Assembly: GCA_963783375.1 (NCBI GenBank)
Contig: CAWANH010000028.1
Location: forward strand, 1,248,001-1,312,000
Direction of reading: 5' to 3'
Length of the DNA stretch: 64,000 bases
Source of the DNA: Candidatus Eiseniibacteriota bacterium
GTDB lineage: Bacteria > Eisenbacteria > RBG-16-71-46 > JABDJR01
Positions 11,155-20,734 of the stretch are shown here, piece by piece; positions within the stretch are counted from its first letter, which is position 1; every line of letters begins with the position of its first letter. Both the position numbers and the translations under genes were made by a program. The notes beneath the pieces are model-generated. The model did not search any database. It was not told the DNA's origin and saw only the letters and a program-made list of their open reading frames with translations.

Positions 11155-12390
11155 GTGTCCTTCCGCGCCGTCTTCATCGCCGTTCTCCTGAGCACCGCCC
11201 TCATCGCCGCCGCCCTGATCGTGAACTCGCGCCGGCCGGCCACGGAAACCGCCCAGCCCACCGCTGCCCTGGTCAAGGCGAGCGGGAAGTGCGCCGAGTG
11301 CCACCGCCAGGAGACCGAAGCCATGGTGGTGGAGTACGAGCAGAGCAAGCACGCGGCCAAGGGGGTGAACTGCCTGGACTGTCACCGGCCGGTGAAGGAT
11401 CAGGAGGGGATGGAGCACCGCGGCTTCACCATCGCCAAGCATCTCACGGCCGAGAACTGCGCCCAGTGCCATCAGGCCCAGTACCAGCAGTTCCTGAGGA
11501 GCCGCCATGCCGCGCCCGCCTTCGCGGCCATCGTCGGGGACACCGCGTTCACCCCGGATCAGATCGCCTTCGCCGAGCGGTACCATCACGGCGCGGTGAA
11601 GCGCGCGGCCAACCCGCTGGTGGGCCTCGAAGGGGACGCCGCCGCGGTCAAGGGCTGCCTCTCCTGCCACTCCATCGGGAAGCCCAACCCCGACGGCTCC
11701 ATCGGCTCCTGCACCCAGTGCCACTCCCGGCACCTGGCCTCGGTGCGCCTGGCCCGCCTTCCCGAGACCTGCGGCCAGTGCCACATGGGGCCCGATCACA
11801 GCCAGATCGAGATCTACACCGAGTCCAAGCACGGGGTGATCTTCAACGACCTCAAGAATCGGATGAACCTGGACGCGTCCCCCGACCGGCTCACCCCCGC
11901 GGACATGCCGGTCCCCACCTGCGCCACCTGCCACATGAGCGGTCTGGGGGGCCAGAAGGTGACCCACGATACCTCGGAGCGGCTTTCCTACTGGCTCTTC
12001 GCCGCGATCTCGGACAAGCGGCCGAACTACATGGAAGCCCAGGCCAACATGAAGGACGTCTGCAACACCTGCCACGTGAAGTCCCACACCGACCGGTTCT
12101 ACGCCGAGGCCGAGTCGGTGGTGACCGCCACCAACACCAAGGTCGCTGCGGGGCTCGGGATCGTGGACGGGCTCCGCAAGGACAAGCTGCTCACTCCGGC
12201 CCCCTTCGACGAGCCGATCGAGTTCACCGCCTTCGATTTCTGGCACTACTACGGCCGGACGGCGAAGCACGGGGCGTTCATGGGCGGAGCGGACTTCGTT
12301 CAGTGGCACGGGAACTACGAGCTGCTCTCGCATCTGGTGGAGCTGAAGGCCCAGGCCGCCGAGCTCCGGAAGGACCATGAACGCCGTTGA
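11155..12390 (+). CDS. Octaheme c-type cytochrome, hydroxylamine oxidoreductase-like
   Basis: Eight CxxCH motifs, CGQCHMGPDH and C-terminal QWHG. N-terminal membrane anchor; GGAGG RBS before GTG 11155. Confidence 0.85.
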   Translation: MSFRAVFIAVLLSTALIAAALIVNSRRPATETAQPTAALVKASGKCAECHRQETEAMVVEYEQSKHAAKGVNCLDCHRPVKDQEGMEHRGFTIAKHLTAENCAQCHQAQYQQFLRSRHAAPAFAAIVGDTAFTPDQIAFAERYHHGAVKRAANPLVGLEGDAAAVKGCLSCHSIGKPNPDGSIGSCTQCHSRHLASVRLARLPETCGQCHMGPDHSQIEIYTESKHGVIFNDLKNRMNLDASPDRLTPADMPVPTCATCHMSGLGGQKVTHDTSERLSYWLFAAISDKRPNYMEAQANMKDVCNTCHVKSHTDRFYAEAESVVTATNTKVAAGLGIVDGLRKDKLLTPAPFDEPIEFTAFDFWHYYGRTAKHGAFMGGADFVQWHGNYELLSHLVELKAQAAELRKDHERR

Positions 12391-13231
12391 GCGGGCCGGG
12401 CGGTGGTCCCGCCCGGTCCTGGTAGAACTTTTCGCCGTCGCCAACCTGGCCTTCCTCACCCTGGACGTCTTCATAGCCCACTCGATAAACGCGTTCCACT
12501 ACCCGATCGAGCGGATCCCGGTGGGGTTCGGGATCGCCGGAGCTGCCGTGCTCTTCATCGGCCTGGCCGTCGACGCCTTCGACCTCCGCCGCGCCACCGT
12601 TCGCTGGGTGGGGTATCTCGTGGGCTGGTCGGCCATCCTGGTCGGGGTGATCGGGCTCTTCCTCCACCTCCGAAGCTCGTTCTTCGACCAGCAGACGCTG
12701 AAGAGCCTGGTCTACACCGCGCCCTTCGTGGCGCCGCTCAGCTTCGCCGGATTGGGTTTCCTGGTGCTGGTGAACCGGCAGGTGCCGCGCGACTCGCCGG
12801 CCTGGGCCCAGTGGGTGTTGTTCCTGGCCTGGGGCGGCTTCGTGGGGAACTTCGTTCTCTCGCTGGCCGACCACGCCCAGAACGGCTTCTTCGACGCGCG
12901 GGAGTGGATTCCGGTCTTCGCCGCCGCTTTCGCGGTGGGGTTCCTGCTTCTCGCCCTTCTTCGTCCCACCGACCGCCGGCTGCTCCGGGCCACGCTGTGG
13001 GTGCTCGGCGTGCAGGTCGTGGCGGGCGCCGCGGGCTTCCTCTTTCATCTCCGGGCCGACCTTCGCGTGCCCGGCCCGAGCTTCTTCCAGGACATCCTCT
13101 ACGGCGCGCCCCCGTTCGCGCCGCTCCTCTTCGCCGACCTGGCGCTCCTGGCCGGGCTGGCCATCTGGGACCTCCACGTGAAATCGGCGGCGGGGGAAGC
13201 CGCGGGCGCCCGGGACGCCGGAGCGGAGTGA
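12377..13231 (+). CDS. Polytopic membrane protein coupled to the octaheme cytochrome
   Basis: About 8 hydrophobic segments in two similar halves (LHL...APFVAPL / FHL...APPFAPL); overlaps the upstream stop. Confidence 0.75.
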   Translation: MNAVERAGRWSRPVLVELFAVANLAFLTLDVFIAHSINAFHYPIERIPVGFGIAGAAVLFIGLAVDAFDLRRATVRWVGYLVGWSAILVGVIGLFLHLRSSFFDQQTLKSLVYTAPFVAPLSFAGLGFLVLVNRQVPRDSPAWAQWVLFLAWGGFVGNFVLSLADHAQNGFFDAREWIPVFAAAFAVGFLLLALLRPTDRRLLRATLWVLGVQVVAGAAGFLFHLRADLRVPGPSFFQDILYGAPPFAPLLFADLALLAGLAIWDLHVKSAAGEAAGARDAGAE

Positions 13232-13436
13232 TCCCGCGGCCCCGATCCTCGCGGCGCGACCCACATCGCCGCGACATATTCCGCCACGCGGCGCGTATTC
13301 CGTTTCGCCCCGCCGTCTGATATGTTCGCTGCCCGCCCGACCGCCGTGGCCGCCCATGAGGCGCGGCCGCCCCGCGCGGGGCCATCCCGCGAGCCGGGCC
13401 CACGCGTCCCACACTCCCAAGGGGAGGTCAAAGATC

Positions 13437-15425
13437 ATGGCCGAAGGAACGAAGCCCGCGCCCTTCACCGTGGAGACCCTCTGGGCTCTCCGCCGGGTCG
13501 GCGCCCCCGCCGCCTCGGGCGATGGTTCGGTGATCGTGGTCCCGGTGACCACCTACGACATGGAGACCAACGACTCCAGGACGCGTCTCTATCGGGTGTT
13601 CGCCGACGGCGGGGATCCCCGCCCCCTCACCGGCGCCGACGCCTCGGCCGGGGATCCCGCGGTGAGCCCCGACCGCACCCGCCTCGCCTTCGTCCGAAAG
13701 GACGACAAGGGAAAGGGCCAGCTCGCGGTGATGCCGCTGGACGGGGGTGAGGCGGAGACCCTGACCGACATGCCGCTGGGGGTGATCGACCCCAAGTGGT
13801 TCCCGGACGGAAAGCGGATCGCGTTCCTGGGTTGGGTTCTGGGCGACGCTCCCACTCCCGAGGGCACCCGGAAGCTGGCCGAGGAGCGGGAGAAGGAACC
13901 GGTGAAGGCCCACGTCACCGAGGACCGGATCTTCCGTTTCTGGGACTCGTGGCTCACCGACGGGAAGGTACTCCACATCTTCGTGGTCGACCTGGCCACG
14001 GGCGCTCTCACCGATCTCACCCCGGACCTCCGACAGTGGTTCGATCCCATGGACCCCAAGGGGTCCTACGACATCTCCCCCGACGGCCGGGAGATCGCGT
14101 TCAGCGTGGACCGGAGCGAGCCGCCCCACGACCCCACCGATTGGGACGTGTTCACCGTCCCCACCGCCGGCGGCGAGATCCGGAATCTCACCCGGGAGAA
14201 TCCCGCCGACGACATGCGGCCCCGCTACAGCCCCGACGGGCGCTGGATCCTCTACGGAATGCAGAGGATGCTCGACTTCTACGCCGACCGGCAGCGCCTG
14301 GTGGCCTACGACCGGAAGACCGGCGAGCATCGGGTGCTGACCGAACACTGGGACTTCTCGGCCTCGGGATGGGAGTTCGCCCCCGACGGCCGTTCGGTGC
14401 TCCTGACCGCCGAGGAGAAGGGGCGGATCTCGGTGTATCGCGCCGCGATCGAGGTCGCCGACCCCGAGCGGATCCTCCGCGGGGGGACCTTCGGTTCGCT
14501 GATCCCGCTCACCGACGGATCGTTCCTGGCGAGCTTCAACGACCTCTCCCATCCGCCGGAGGTGGTCCGGGTTTCCGCCGACGGCGCCAAGACCTCGCGG
14601 GTCACGGCCATGAACGACGACCTCCTGGCCGGCACCGCCCTCGGCGAGGTGCGGGAGTTCCAGTACAAGGGGTCGGAGGGGCGCACGATCCAGTCCTACC
14701 TGGTCCTTCCCCCCGGCTTCAGTCCGGACCACCGGTACCCCCTGGTGGAGGTGCTCCACGGCGGCCCCCACGGCATCACCGGGGACACCTTCCACTTCCG
14801 ATGGAACCTGCACCTCATGGCCGCGCCGGGCTACGTGGTTCTGGCCCCGAACTTCCACGGCTCGACCGGGTGGGGACAGGATTTCGCCGCGTCGATCCAC
14901 GGGGGATGGGGGGACAAGCCCTACCGCGACGCCATGGCCGCGGTGGACGCAATCCTCGAGCAGGGCTACGTGGACGAGCGCCGCATGGCCGCGGTGGGAG
15001 GCTCCTACGGCGGCTACCTGGTGAGCTGGATCGCCGGGCAGACCGACCGCTTCGCCTGCATCGTGAACCACGCCGGGGTGTCGGACATCCTGGCCCAGTT
15101 CGCCTCGGACGTGACCTACGGCCGCGAGCGGTCCCTGGGCGGGAATCCCTGGGACGGTCTCGAGGCCATCGACCGGATGAACCCCATCCGTTTCGCCGAG
15201 GGCTTCAAGACCCCCATGCTGGTGGTCCACGGCGAACGCGACTTCCGGGTGCCGGTGACCCAGGGTCTGGCGATCTACAACGTCTACAAGGCCAAGCGGG
15301 TGCCGGCGCGGCTGGTGTACTTCCCCGACGAGAACCACTGGGTGCTGAAGCCGCGGAACGGGCGGCTCTGGTATCGGGAGTTCCACGGGTGGCTGGCCCG
15401 CTGGTTCGAGGCCGCCTCCTCCTGA
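13437..15425 (+). CDS. S9 family peptidase (dipeptidyl/acylaminoacyl peptidase)
   Basis: SPDG propeller repeats, HGGP, GGSYGG, DFRVP and ENHW. Confidence 0.93.
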   Translation: MAEGTKPAPFTVETLWALRRVGAPAASGDGSVIVVPVTTYDMETNDSRTRLYRVFADGGDPRPLTGADASAGDPAVSPDRTRLAFVRKDDKGKGQLAVMPLDGGEAETLTDMPLGVIDPKWFPDGKRIAFLGWVLGDAPTPEGTRKLAEEREKEPVKAHVTEDRIFRFWDSWLTDGKVLHIFVVDLATGALTDLTPDLRQWFDPMDPKGSYDISPDGREIAFSVDRSEPPHDPTDWDVFTVPTAGGEIRNLTRENPADDMRPRYSPDGRWILYGMQRMLDFYADRQRLVAYDRKTGEHRVLTEHWDFSASGWEFAPDGRSVLLTAEEKGRISVYRAAIEVADPERILRGGTFGSLIPLTDGSFLASFNDLSHPPEVVRVSADGAKTSRVTAMNDDLLAGTALGEVREFQYKGSEGRTIQSYLVLPPGFSPDHRYPLVEVLHGGPHGITGDTFHFRWNLHLMAAPGYVVLAPNFHGSTGWGQDFAASIHGGWGDKPYRDAMAAVDAILEQGYVDERRMAAVGGSYGGYLVSWIAGQTDRFACIVNHAGVSDILAQFASDVTYGRERSLGGNPWDGLEAIDRMNPIRFAEGFKTPMLVVHGERDFRVPVTQGLAIYNVYKAKRVPARLVYFPDENHWVLKPRNGRLWYREFHGWLARWFEAASS

Positions 15426-15444
15426 AGGGGCGGCCGCCGATCCT

Positions 15445-15472
15445 GTAACCCTTTGAAAGTTTGATGATTACG
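15445..15472. promoter_or_regulatory. GTAAC-N17-ATTAC motif upstream of the marR promoter
   Basis: Second copy of the 28-bp motif at 5366-5393. Confidence 0.5.
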
Positions 15473-15504
15473 TAGCACGGGCGCTTTGCGCCGAAAAACA
15501 TTCC

Positions 15505-15533
15505 TTGACAGAATCTTCCTTGGAAGATAAATT
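15505..15533 (+). promoter_or_regulatory. Sigma70 promoter containing a MarR-type operator
   Basis: TTGACA-17-TAAATT; palindrome ATCTTCC-TT-GGAAGAT (15513-15528) fills the spacer. Confidence 0.8.
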
Positions 15534-15540
15534 CCCATCC

Positions 15541-16023
15541 ATGAGCCCCACCGTACGCGACTCCATCCGTCAGAAGCGTCCCTTCCGGTCGGTCCACGAG
15601 GAGACCCTGGTCACCCTGGTGCGCACCACCGATCGCGTGAACGCGCGGTTGTGCGCCGCCCTGGCCGCGGAGGGGCTTTCGTTGCCGCAGTACAACGTGC
15701 TCCGCATCCTTCGCGGGTCGGAACCGGAGGGGCTTCAGACCTACCAGGTCGCCGAGCGCCTGCTGGCCCGTGCGCCCAACATCACGCGGCTGGTGGACAA
15801 GATGGAGGCGAAAGGTCTTCTCGGCCGGTCCCGGTCCTCGTCCGACCGGCGGGTGGTCCAGCTTCGGATCAGCGCCCGGGGTCTGGAGGTCCTGGCCCGC
15901 CTGGACGCGCCGACCGCCGAGGCGGTGCGCGCGGCCATGAGCGGCCTCCCCGAAGCCGGCCTCACCGAGCTCTGCCGTTTGCTGAATCAACTCCGCGAGC
16001 CCCTCGAAGGGGGAGCGGTCTGA
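15541..16023 (+). CDS. MarR family transcriptional regulator
   Basis: LSLPQYNVLRIL, ITRLVDKME and DRRVV wing motif. Confidence 0.93.
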   Translation: MSPTVRDSIRQKRPFRSVHEETLVTLVRTTDRVNARLCAALAAEGLSLPQYNVLRILRGSEPEGLQTYQVAERLLARAPNITRLVDKMEAKGLLGRSRSSSDRRVVQLRISARGLEVLARLDAPTAEAVRAAMSGLPEAGLTELCRLLNQLREPLEGGAV

Positions 16024-16098
16024 TCCCCGGGCAGCCCCGGCCCGTCTTTCCAAGAGGGGGAATCGCCCCCTGTTGATCATCAGGAAGGAAGAACCATC

Positions 16099-16704
16099 AT
16101 GAAACGCTTCATCGCATCGCTGGCCCTGGTCGCACTTGTCCTCGCCCCGGGGTTCGCCCGGGCGGAACCGGTGTCCTGGAAGATCGATCCGGTTCACTCG
16201 TCGGTCACCTTCAAGATCCGGCACCTGGTCTCCCGGGTGCAGGGGGAGTTCAAGGACCTGAACGGCACGATCGCGTTCGATCCCGCCGACGCGTCCGCCG
16301 GCTCGGTGGCGGTCACCATCGCCGCCGCCAGCATCGATACCAAGAACGACTATCGCGACAAGGATCTGCGGAGCGGCAACTTCTTCGACGTCGAGACGTA
16401 CCCGGAAATCACCTTCAAGAGCACCGGGGCGGAGACGACCCCGGACGGGAAACTCCAGGTGACCGGCGACCTCACCATGCACGGGGTCACCAGGCCGGTG
16501 GTATTGGACGCCGAGTTCCTGGGCTCCGGCCCGCATCCCCGGGGGGGCCGGGTGGCCGGCTTCGCCGCCACCACCACCCTGAACCGGAAGGACTTCGGGA
16601 TCACCTGGAACAAGGTTCTGGACGCCGGCGGCACGCTCCTGGGGGACGACGTCCAGGTGGAAATCAACCTCGAGGCCGTTCACGCGGAGGACGAGAGCGA
16701 ATAG
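16099..16704 (+). CDS. YceI family periplasmic protein
   Basis: Signal peptide, WKIDPVHS, RDKDLRS, GDLTMHGVT and RKDFGI. Confidence 0.93.
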   Translation: MKRFIASLALVALVLAPGFARAEPVSWKIDPVHSSVTFKIRHLVSRVQGEFKDLNGTIAFDPADASAGSVAVTIAAASIDTKNDYRDKDLRSGNFFDVETYPEITFKSTGAETTPDGKLQVTGDLTMHGVTRPVVLDAEFLGSGPHPRGGRVAGFAATTTLNRKDFGITWNKVLDAGGTLLGDDVQVEINLEAVHAEDESE

Positions 16705-16736
16705 CCGCGCACCGGTTTTGCACGAACAATTGCTGC

Positions 16737-16792
16737 GGTGGAAACAATTCCAGGCCGCGGCGGGCGACCGTCGCGGCCTCGTTGTTTCCGCC
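16737..16792 (+). other. Long two-tier RNA hairpin after yceI
   Basis: 11-bp and 12-bp stems around an internal loop, GCGA tetraloop; both G-U wobbles favour the + strand. Confidence 0.55.
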
Positions 16793-16830
16793 CTCCCGGG
16801 ACGGTTTTCCCGGCCGTTCCCGCCTTCTTC

Positions 16831-16858
16831 TCAAGCTTGAGTCCCAACCTGCCGATGA
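16831..16858 (+). promoter_or_regulatory. Sigma28-like promoter
   Basis: TCAAG-N15-GCCGATGA, 42 nt before the TAXI ORF. Confidence 0.45.
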
Positions 16859-16900
16859 GCTAGAATACAGGACATCCAGGGCAGGATTCAGGCCAGCCTA

Positions 16901-17950
16901 ATGAATCAATGGAACCTCGAGTTCTCGCCGAGTCGGCGCCCAGGTCCTCGTTGCCCCAGCTTCGCCGGACTCTTGGTCCGCGCGATCCTACCTCTTGTGA
17001 TCCTCGCCCTCACCGCCCTTCCCGCCCGGGCCGGGGACGCCCCCCGCGACACCCTGCGCCTGGCCACCGGTTCGGTGGGTGGCACCTTCCTTCCCGTCGG
17101 CCGTGAGCTGGCCGCCTGGTGGGCCCGGTCGGTTCCGGAACTCGTGGTGGTGGTGGACACCACCGCGGGCTCGGTCGAGAACCTGGACCGGTTGGTGAAC
17201 GGCGAGGCGGACCTGGCCATCGTGGGGGCCAGCCCCTTCCGGGAAGTGGTGGAGGGACGCCGGAGCATCGCCGACGAGGCCAAGCGCATCTGTACCATCG
17301 GGAGCCTCTACGACGACGCCGAGCAGTACGTGGTGCGGAAGTCGTTGGTGCGGGTGGGGAACCTGCTCGACCTGAGCGGTCTTCGCATGTACCCCGGTCC
17401 CCACAACAGCGGTGGGGAGATCGACACCCGGCTCATCCTGAGCGTGCTGGGGATCGAACCCCGTTACGCCTACGTCGAGGACCGGGACAAGGGGTACTCC
17501 GCCGCGGCCACCGCCCTGGTGCGCGGGGAATACGACGCCGCCACCTTCTCCGGCGGGGTGCCGATCCAGGCGGTGACCGATCTCTTCGACCTCTACCCCG
17601 ACGAGTACATGATCCTGCCCTTCTCCCGCCACATGCTGAACAAGCTGCAGTACGAGGAGAAGGATTTCACCCCGGTCACCATCCACGCCGGGGCCTATCC
17701 CGCACTCGGGACGAACATCCGGACGGTGGGGAGTTCGAACCTCCTGGTCGCGTGCCCCCGCCTCGATCCGTCCATCGTGGCCAGGCTGGACCGCGCCGTC
17801 CGGCAGGGGATCGCCGTGCCTGGCGAAGGGCTCCGCGCCAAGACCTCCCACCCGGTGCTCCAGGTGCTGGATCTCGATCGCTGGAACGAGATCCCCGCCG
17901 GAGAGCATTGCGCCGGCTCCGCCTCCGCGGGGATCGAAGCCAGCCCGTGA
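16901..17950 (+). CDS. TAXI family TRAP solute receptor
   Basis: LATGSVGGTF, TAGSVENL, SGG and I..GAYP motifs; signal-like segment. Confidence 0.85.
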   Translation: MNQWNLEFSPSRRPGPRCPSFAGLLVRAILPLVILALTALPARAGDAPRDTLRLATGSVGGTFLPVGRELAAWWARSVPELVVVVDTTAGSVENLDRLVNGEADLAIVGASPFREVVEGRRSIADEAKRICTIGSLYDDAEQYVVRKSLVRVGNLLDLSGLRMYPGPHNSGGEIDTRLILSVLGIEPRYAYVEDRDKGYSAAATALVRGEYDAATFSGGVPIQAVTDLFDLYPDEYMILPFSRHMLNKLQYEEKDFTPVTIHAGAYPALGTNIRTVGSSNLLVACPRLDPSIVARLDRAVRQGIAVPGEGLRAKTSHPVLQVLDLDRWNEIPAGEHCAGSASAGIEASP

Positions 17951-17981
17951 GCCGGAGCCTCTCCGCCCCCGTCGCCCGGCC

Positions 17982-18407
17982 GTGACCCCCGATACCCCCA
18001 AGGGCGACCGGGCCGCCGTGTTCATCGTCCGCGACCGCCGTTTGCTGGTGCTCCATCGCCGGAAATCAGGGGAGGTCTACGATGCGGTCCCCGGTGGAAC
18101 CCTGGAAGCGGGGGAGACCCCGGCCGAGGCCGCGGTGCGCGAGATCCGCGAGGAGACCGGGCTCGCGGTGAAGCTCGCCGGCCCGGTGCTGGAGCTCGTG
18201 AACCAGGGCCGGCGGGAAACCTACTTCGACGCGCTGGAGGCGGCGGGGGAGCCCCGGCTGGGCGGGCCCGAGGCGCGGCGGAATTCCCCGGAGAACGCCT
18301 ACACCCTGGATTGGGTGCGGCTCGACGATCTCGGGAACCGCCCCATCCAGCCCGAGGCGCTCCGGCGGTGGGTCGCCGTCCGGGACTGGGCGCACCTCAC
18401 CGGTTGA
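17982..18407 (+). CDS. NUDIX hydrolase
   Basis: Nudix box GGTLEAGETPAEAAVREIREETGL. Confidence 0.92.
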   Translation: MTPDTPKGDRAAVFIVRDRRLLVLHRRKSGEVYDAVPGGTLEAGETPAEAAVREIREETGLAVKLAGPVLELVNQGRRETYFDALEAAGEPRLGGPEARRNSPENAYTLDWVRLDDLGNRPIQPEALRRWVAVRDWAHLTG

Positions 18408-18489
18408 GCGGCGGACGGCGCCCGCGCGGCCTCACCGGGTCCGCAAGCCGCCGGCCGCGACCGGCTTCGACACCGCTCTCCGCTCCGGA

Positions 18490-19830
18490 TCAGTCCAGGC
18501 CGGCCAGGCTGGCCAGCAGTTCCTCGTTGGTGGCGTGGCGTTGCATGAGCTTCAGCACGCCCAGCATGGCCTGATCGGGCGGGTAGGAGGCGGCCAGCCG
18601 GCGGAGCTTGTGGAGCCGCCCCACCTCCTCGGCCGGGTACAGTTTCTCCTCTTTCCGCGTGCCGCTCTTTCCGATGTCCACCGAGGGGAAGATGCGCTTC
18701 TCGAAGAGGTCGCGGGAGAGGATCAGCTCGGTGTTCCCCGTTCCCTTGAACTCCTGGAAGATGACCTCGTCCATGCGGGAGCCGGTGTCCACCAGGGCGG
18801 TGCCCAGGATGGTGAGGCTTCCCCCGTCCTCGATTTTTCGCGCCGCCCCGAAGATCTGGCGCGGGGCCAGCATGGTGGTGGCGTCCAGCCCGCCGGACAG
18901 GGTGCGCCCGGAGTTTCCCTGCACCGTGTTGTAGGCGCGGGCCAGCCGGGTGATGGAGTCCAGGAGGAGCACCACGTCGCCCCCCTCCAGGACCGGTGGG
19001 ACGATGGTGTTCACGCAGTCCTCGGCGATCCCGATGTGGTCGTGGGCGGACATGTCGCTCGAGGCCGCGTACACCGTGGCGTGGCTGCTCCGCTTGAAGT
19101 GGGTCACTTCCTCCGGGCGCTCGTCGACCAGCAGCGCGTAGACCTGGACCTCGGGATGATTGGCGTGCAGGGCCTCGGCCACCTGGATGAGCAGCGTTGT
19201 CTTCCCCGCCTTGGGCGGAGAGACGATGAGCGCCCGCTGGCCGCGGCCGATGGGAGCGATCAGGTCCATCACCCGCATCGAGACCTGGTCGGGGGTGGTC
19301 TCGAGCTGATAGCGCTGGATGGGATCGATCGAGATCTGTTGCTGGAGGAGCTTCAGGATCTCCAGCCCCTTGGGGCGGTCCGATCCCTGGGAGCGTCCCT
19401 GGGACTGGGGCCGCCGGCGGGTGTTGGGGTGGCTCCGGCGATAGTTCTGGCCCTCGGCCGCGGCCATCCGCGAGGCGGTGGCGTCGCGGATCCCCTCCCG
19501 GCTGGGACGGGAATCCGGACGGCGGCGACGGCGCGGCGCCTCGGTTCCCCGCCCGTTGGAAGGGGTTCCTCGGGGCCGGTCCGGCCCCCCGTCCCCGGAC
19601 GCGGGGCGGCGGGGGCGATGGCGGAGCCGCTGCCCCTGCTCCCCTTCCCCGCGCGGTCCGCGGGCGGGGCGGTCATCCCGGTTCCGGGGCGCCCGGCGGG
19701 CGGCGTCCCCCCTCTGTTCGTCCTCGGGGGTCTTCACGTCCTCCCGGGTCGGGTCGCTGGGTTTGGATTCGGAACGGACACGGCGGCGGCGCACGCGGCG
19801 CGGGCGCGTCGAGCTTCTATCTTCGGGCAT
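18490..19830 (-). CDS. rho: Transcription termination factor Rho, atypical (disordered N-terminus, no OB-fold)
   Basis: PIGRGQR, PPKAGKT, DERPEE, DSITRLARAYN, GRTLSGG, EFKGTGN and SGTRKEE. Confidence 0.9.
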   Translation of the reverse strand: MPEDRSSTRPRRVRRRRVRSESKPSDPTREDVKTPEDEQRGDAARRAPRNRDDRPARGPRGEGEQGQRLRHRPRRPASGDGGPDRPRGTPSNGRGTEAPRRRRRPDSRPSREGIRDATASRMAAAEGQNYRRSHPNTRRRPQSQGRSQGSDRPKGLEILKLLQQQISIDPIQRYQLETTPDQVSMRVMDLIAPIGRGQRALIVSPPKAGKTTLLIQVAEALHANHPEVQVYALLVDERPEEVTHFKRSSHATVYAASSDMSAHDHIGIAEDCVNTIVPPVLEGGDVVLLLDSITRLARAYNTVQGNSGRTLSGGLDATTMLAPRQIFGAARKIEDGGSLTILGTALVDTGSRMDEVIFQEFKGTGNTELILSRDLFEKRIFPSVDIGKSGTRKEEKLYPAEEVGRLHKLRRLAASYPPDQAMLGVLKLMQRHATNEELLASLAGLD

Positions 19831-20358
19831 GGTCTCTTTCGTCCTTTGATGACGGACCGGTTCACGTGGAGCGGGTCAATCCTGCGCATGCGGACATCGC
19901 GGCCTCGCCACGCAACTCCCAACCTCTCCTGGTCCGCCGGTTTCGGATCGGGGCCCGGAACGGTCCGGGCGCTCGAACCGGGCGAACCGGTCCTTGGCGC
20001 ACAAATACGGTCCCTGTGCCTTCTCCCGCCGCCGCTCCACGAATCGGTCTCTGGCGCTCGGTAGCGGCGTCGCCGGGAAACGGCGGTCGTGCAAGTCTCG
20101 GCTCCGGACCCGGGATCGGGTCGCGGGCGCACATCGAAAACGTTCCGATTGATTGCTGATACCCCGGGTCGGGGTTTCCGGTCGAGCCCGATGCTCTAGC
20201 GGGCGGTCTCGAACCGGTCTTCATAATAAGGAGCCGATGACAATCGATGGAACACCGTCCGGGGCATCCCCGCCCCCGGTGCCGGCTCGACACGCCATCC
20301 TGGAGATGGGGGAGCCGGAACATGGGTTTGCGCCGCGGGCCGCGCTGCCTGGCCCTCG

Positions 20359-20386
20359 TTATCGGCAACTCCCACGGACACCCTTA
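20359..20386 (-). promoter_or_regulatory. Sigma28-like promoter in the rho upstream region
   Basis: Minus strand reads TAAGG-N15-GCCGATAA (perfect -10 box). Confidence 0.5.
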
Positions 20387-20734
20387 GGATGCCTCTTCCG
20401 GGGCGGTTTCGTCCAGCAATTCGTGAGCCCGCCGGATATGGGGAATCGTGATCGACCCCCCCACCACCAGCCCCACGTCGAACACCTCGGCCAGCTCCGC
20501 ACGGGTCGCCCCCGTCTGGAGCGCCCGCAAAACGTGATGGGAGATGCAGTCGTCGCACCGGAGGACCAGGGAGGCGGCCAGCCCCAGCAATTCCTTGGTC
20601 TTGGCGTCGAGGACCCCCGCCTCGTAGCACCTCGTGTCGAGGTTCATGAAGCGCTTGGTGACCAGGGTGCCCTGATCGAGGATTCGTTGGTTCATACGCT
20701 CGCGATGGGCCTGGAATTCCTCAACTTTGCTCAT
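20384..20734 (-). CDS. Carboxymuconolactone decarboxylase/AhpD family protein
   Basis: [20 protein letters not shown] and VGGSITIPH; ATGA overlap with typA. Confidence 0.9.
   Translation of the reverse strand: MSKVEEFQAHRERMNQRILDQGTLVTKRFMNLDTRCYEAGVLDAKTKELLGLAASLVLRCDDCISHHVLRALQTGATRAELAEVFDVGLVVGGSITIPHIRRAHELLDETAPEEAS

Noticed and set aside
20195-20225. GGTTCGAGACC T-arm-like word on the minus strand
   Set aside because: No complete T-stem, acceptor stem or cloverleaf.
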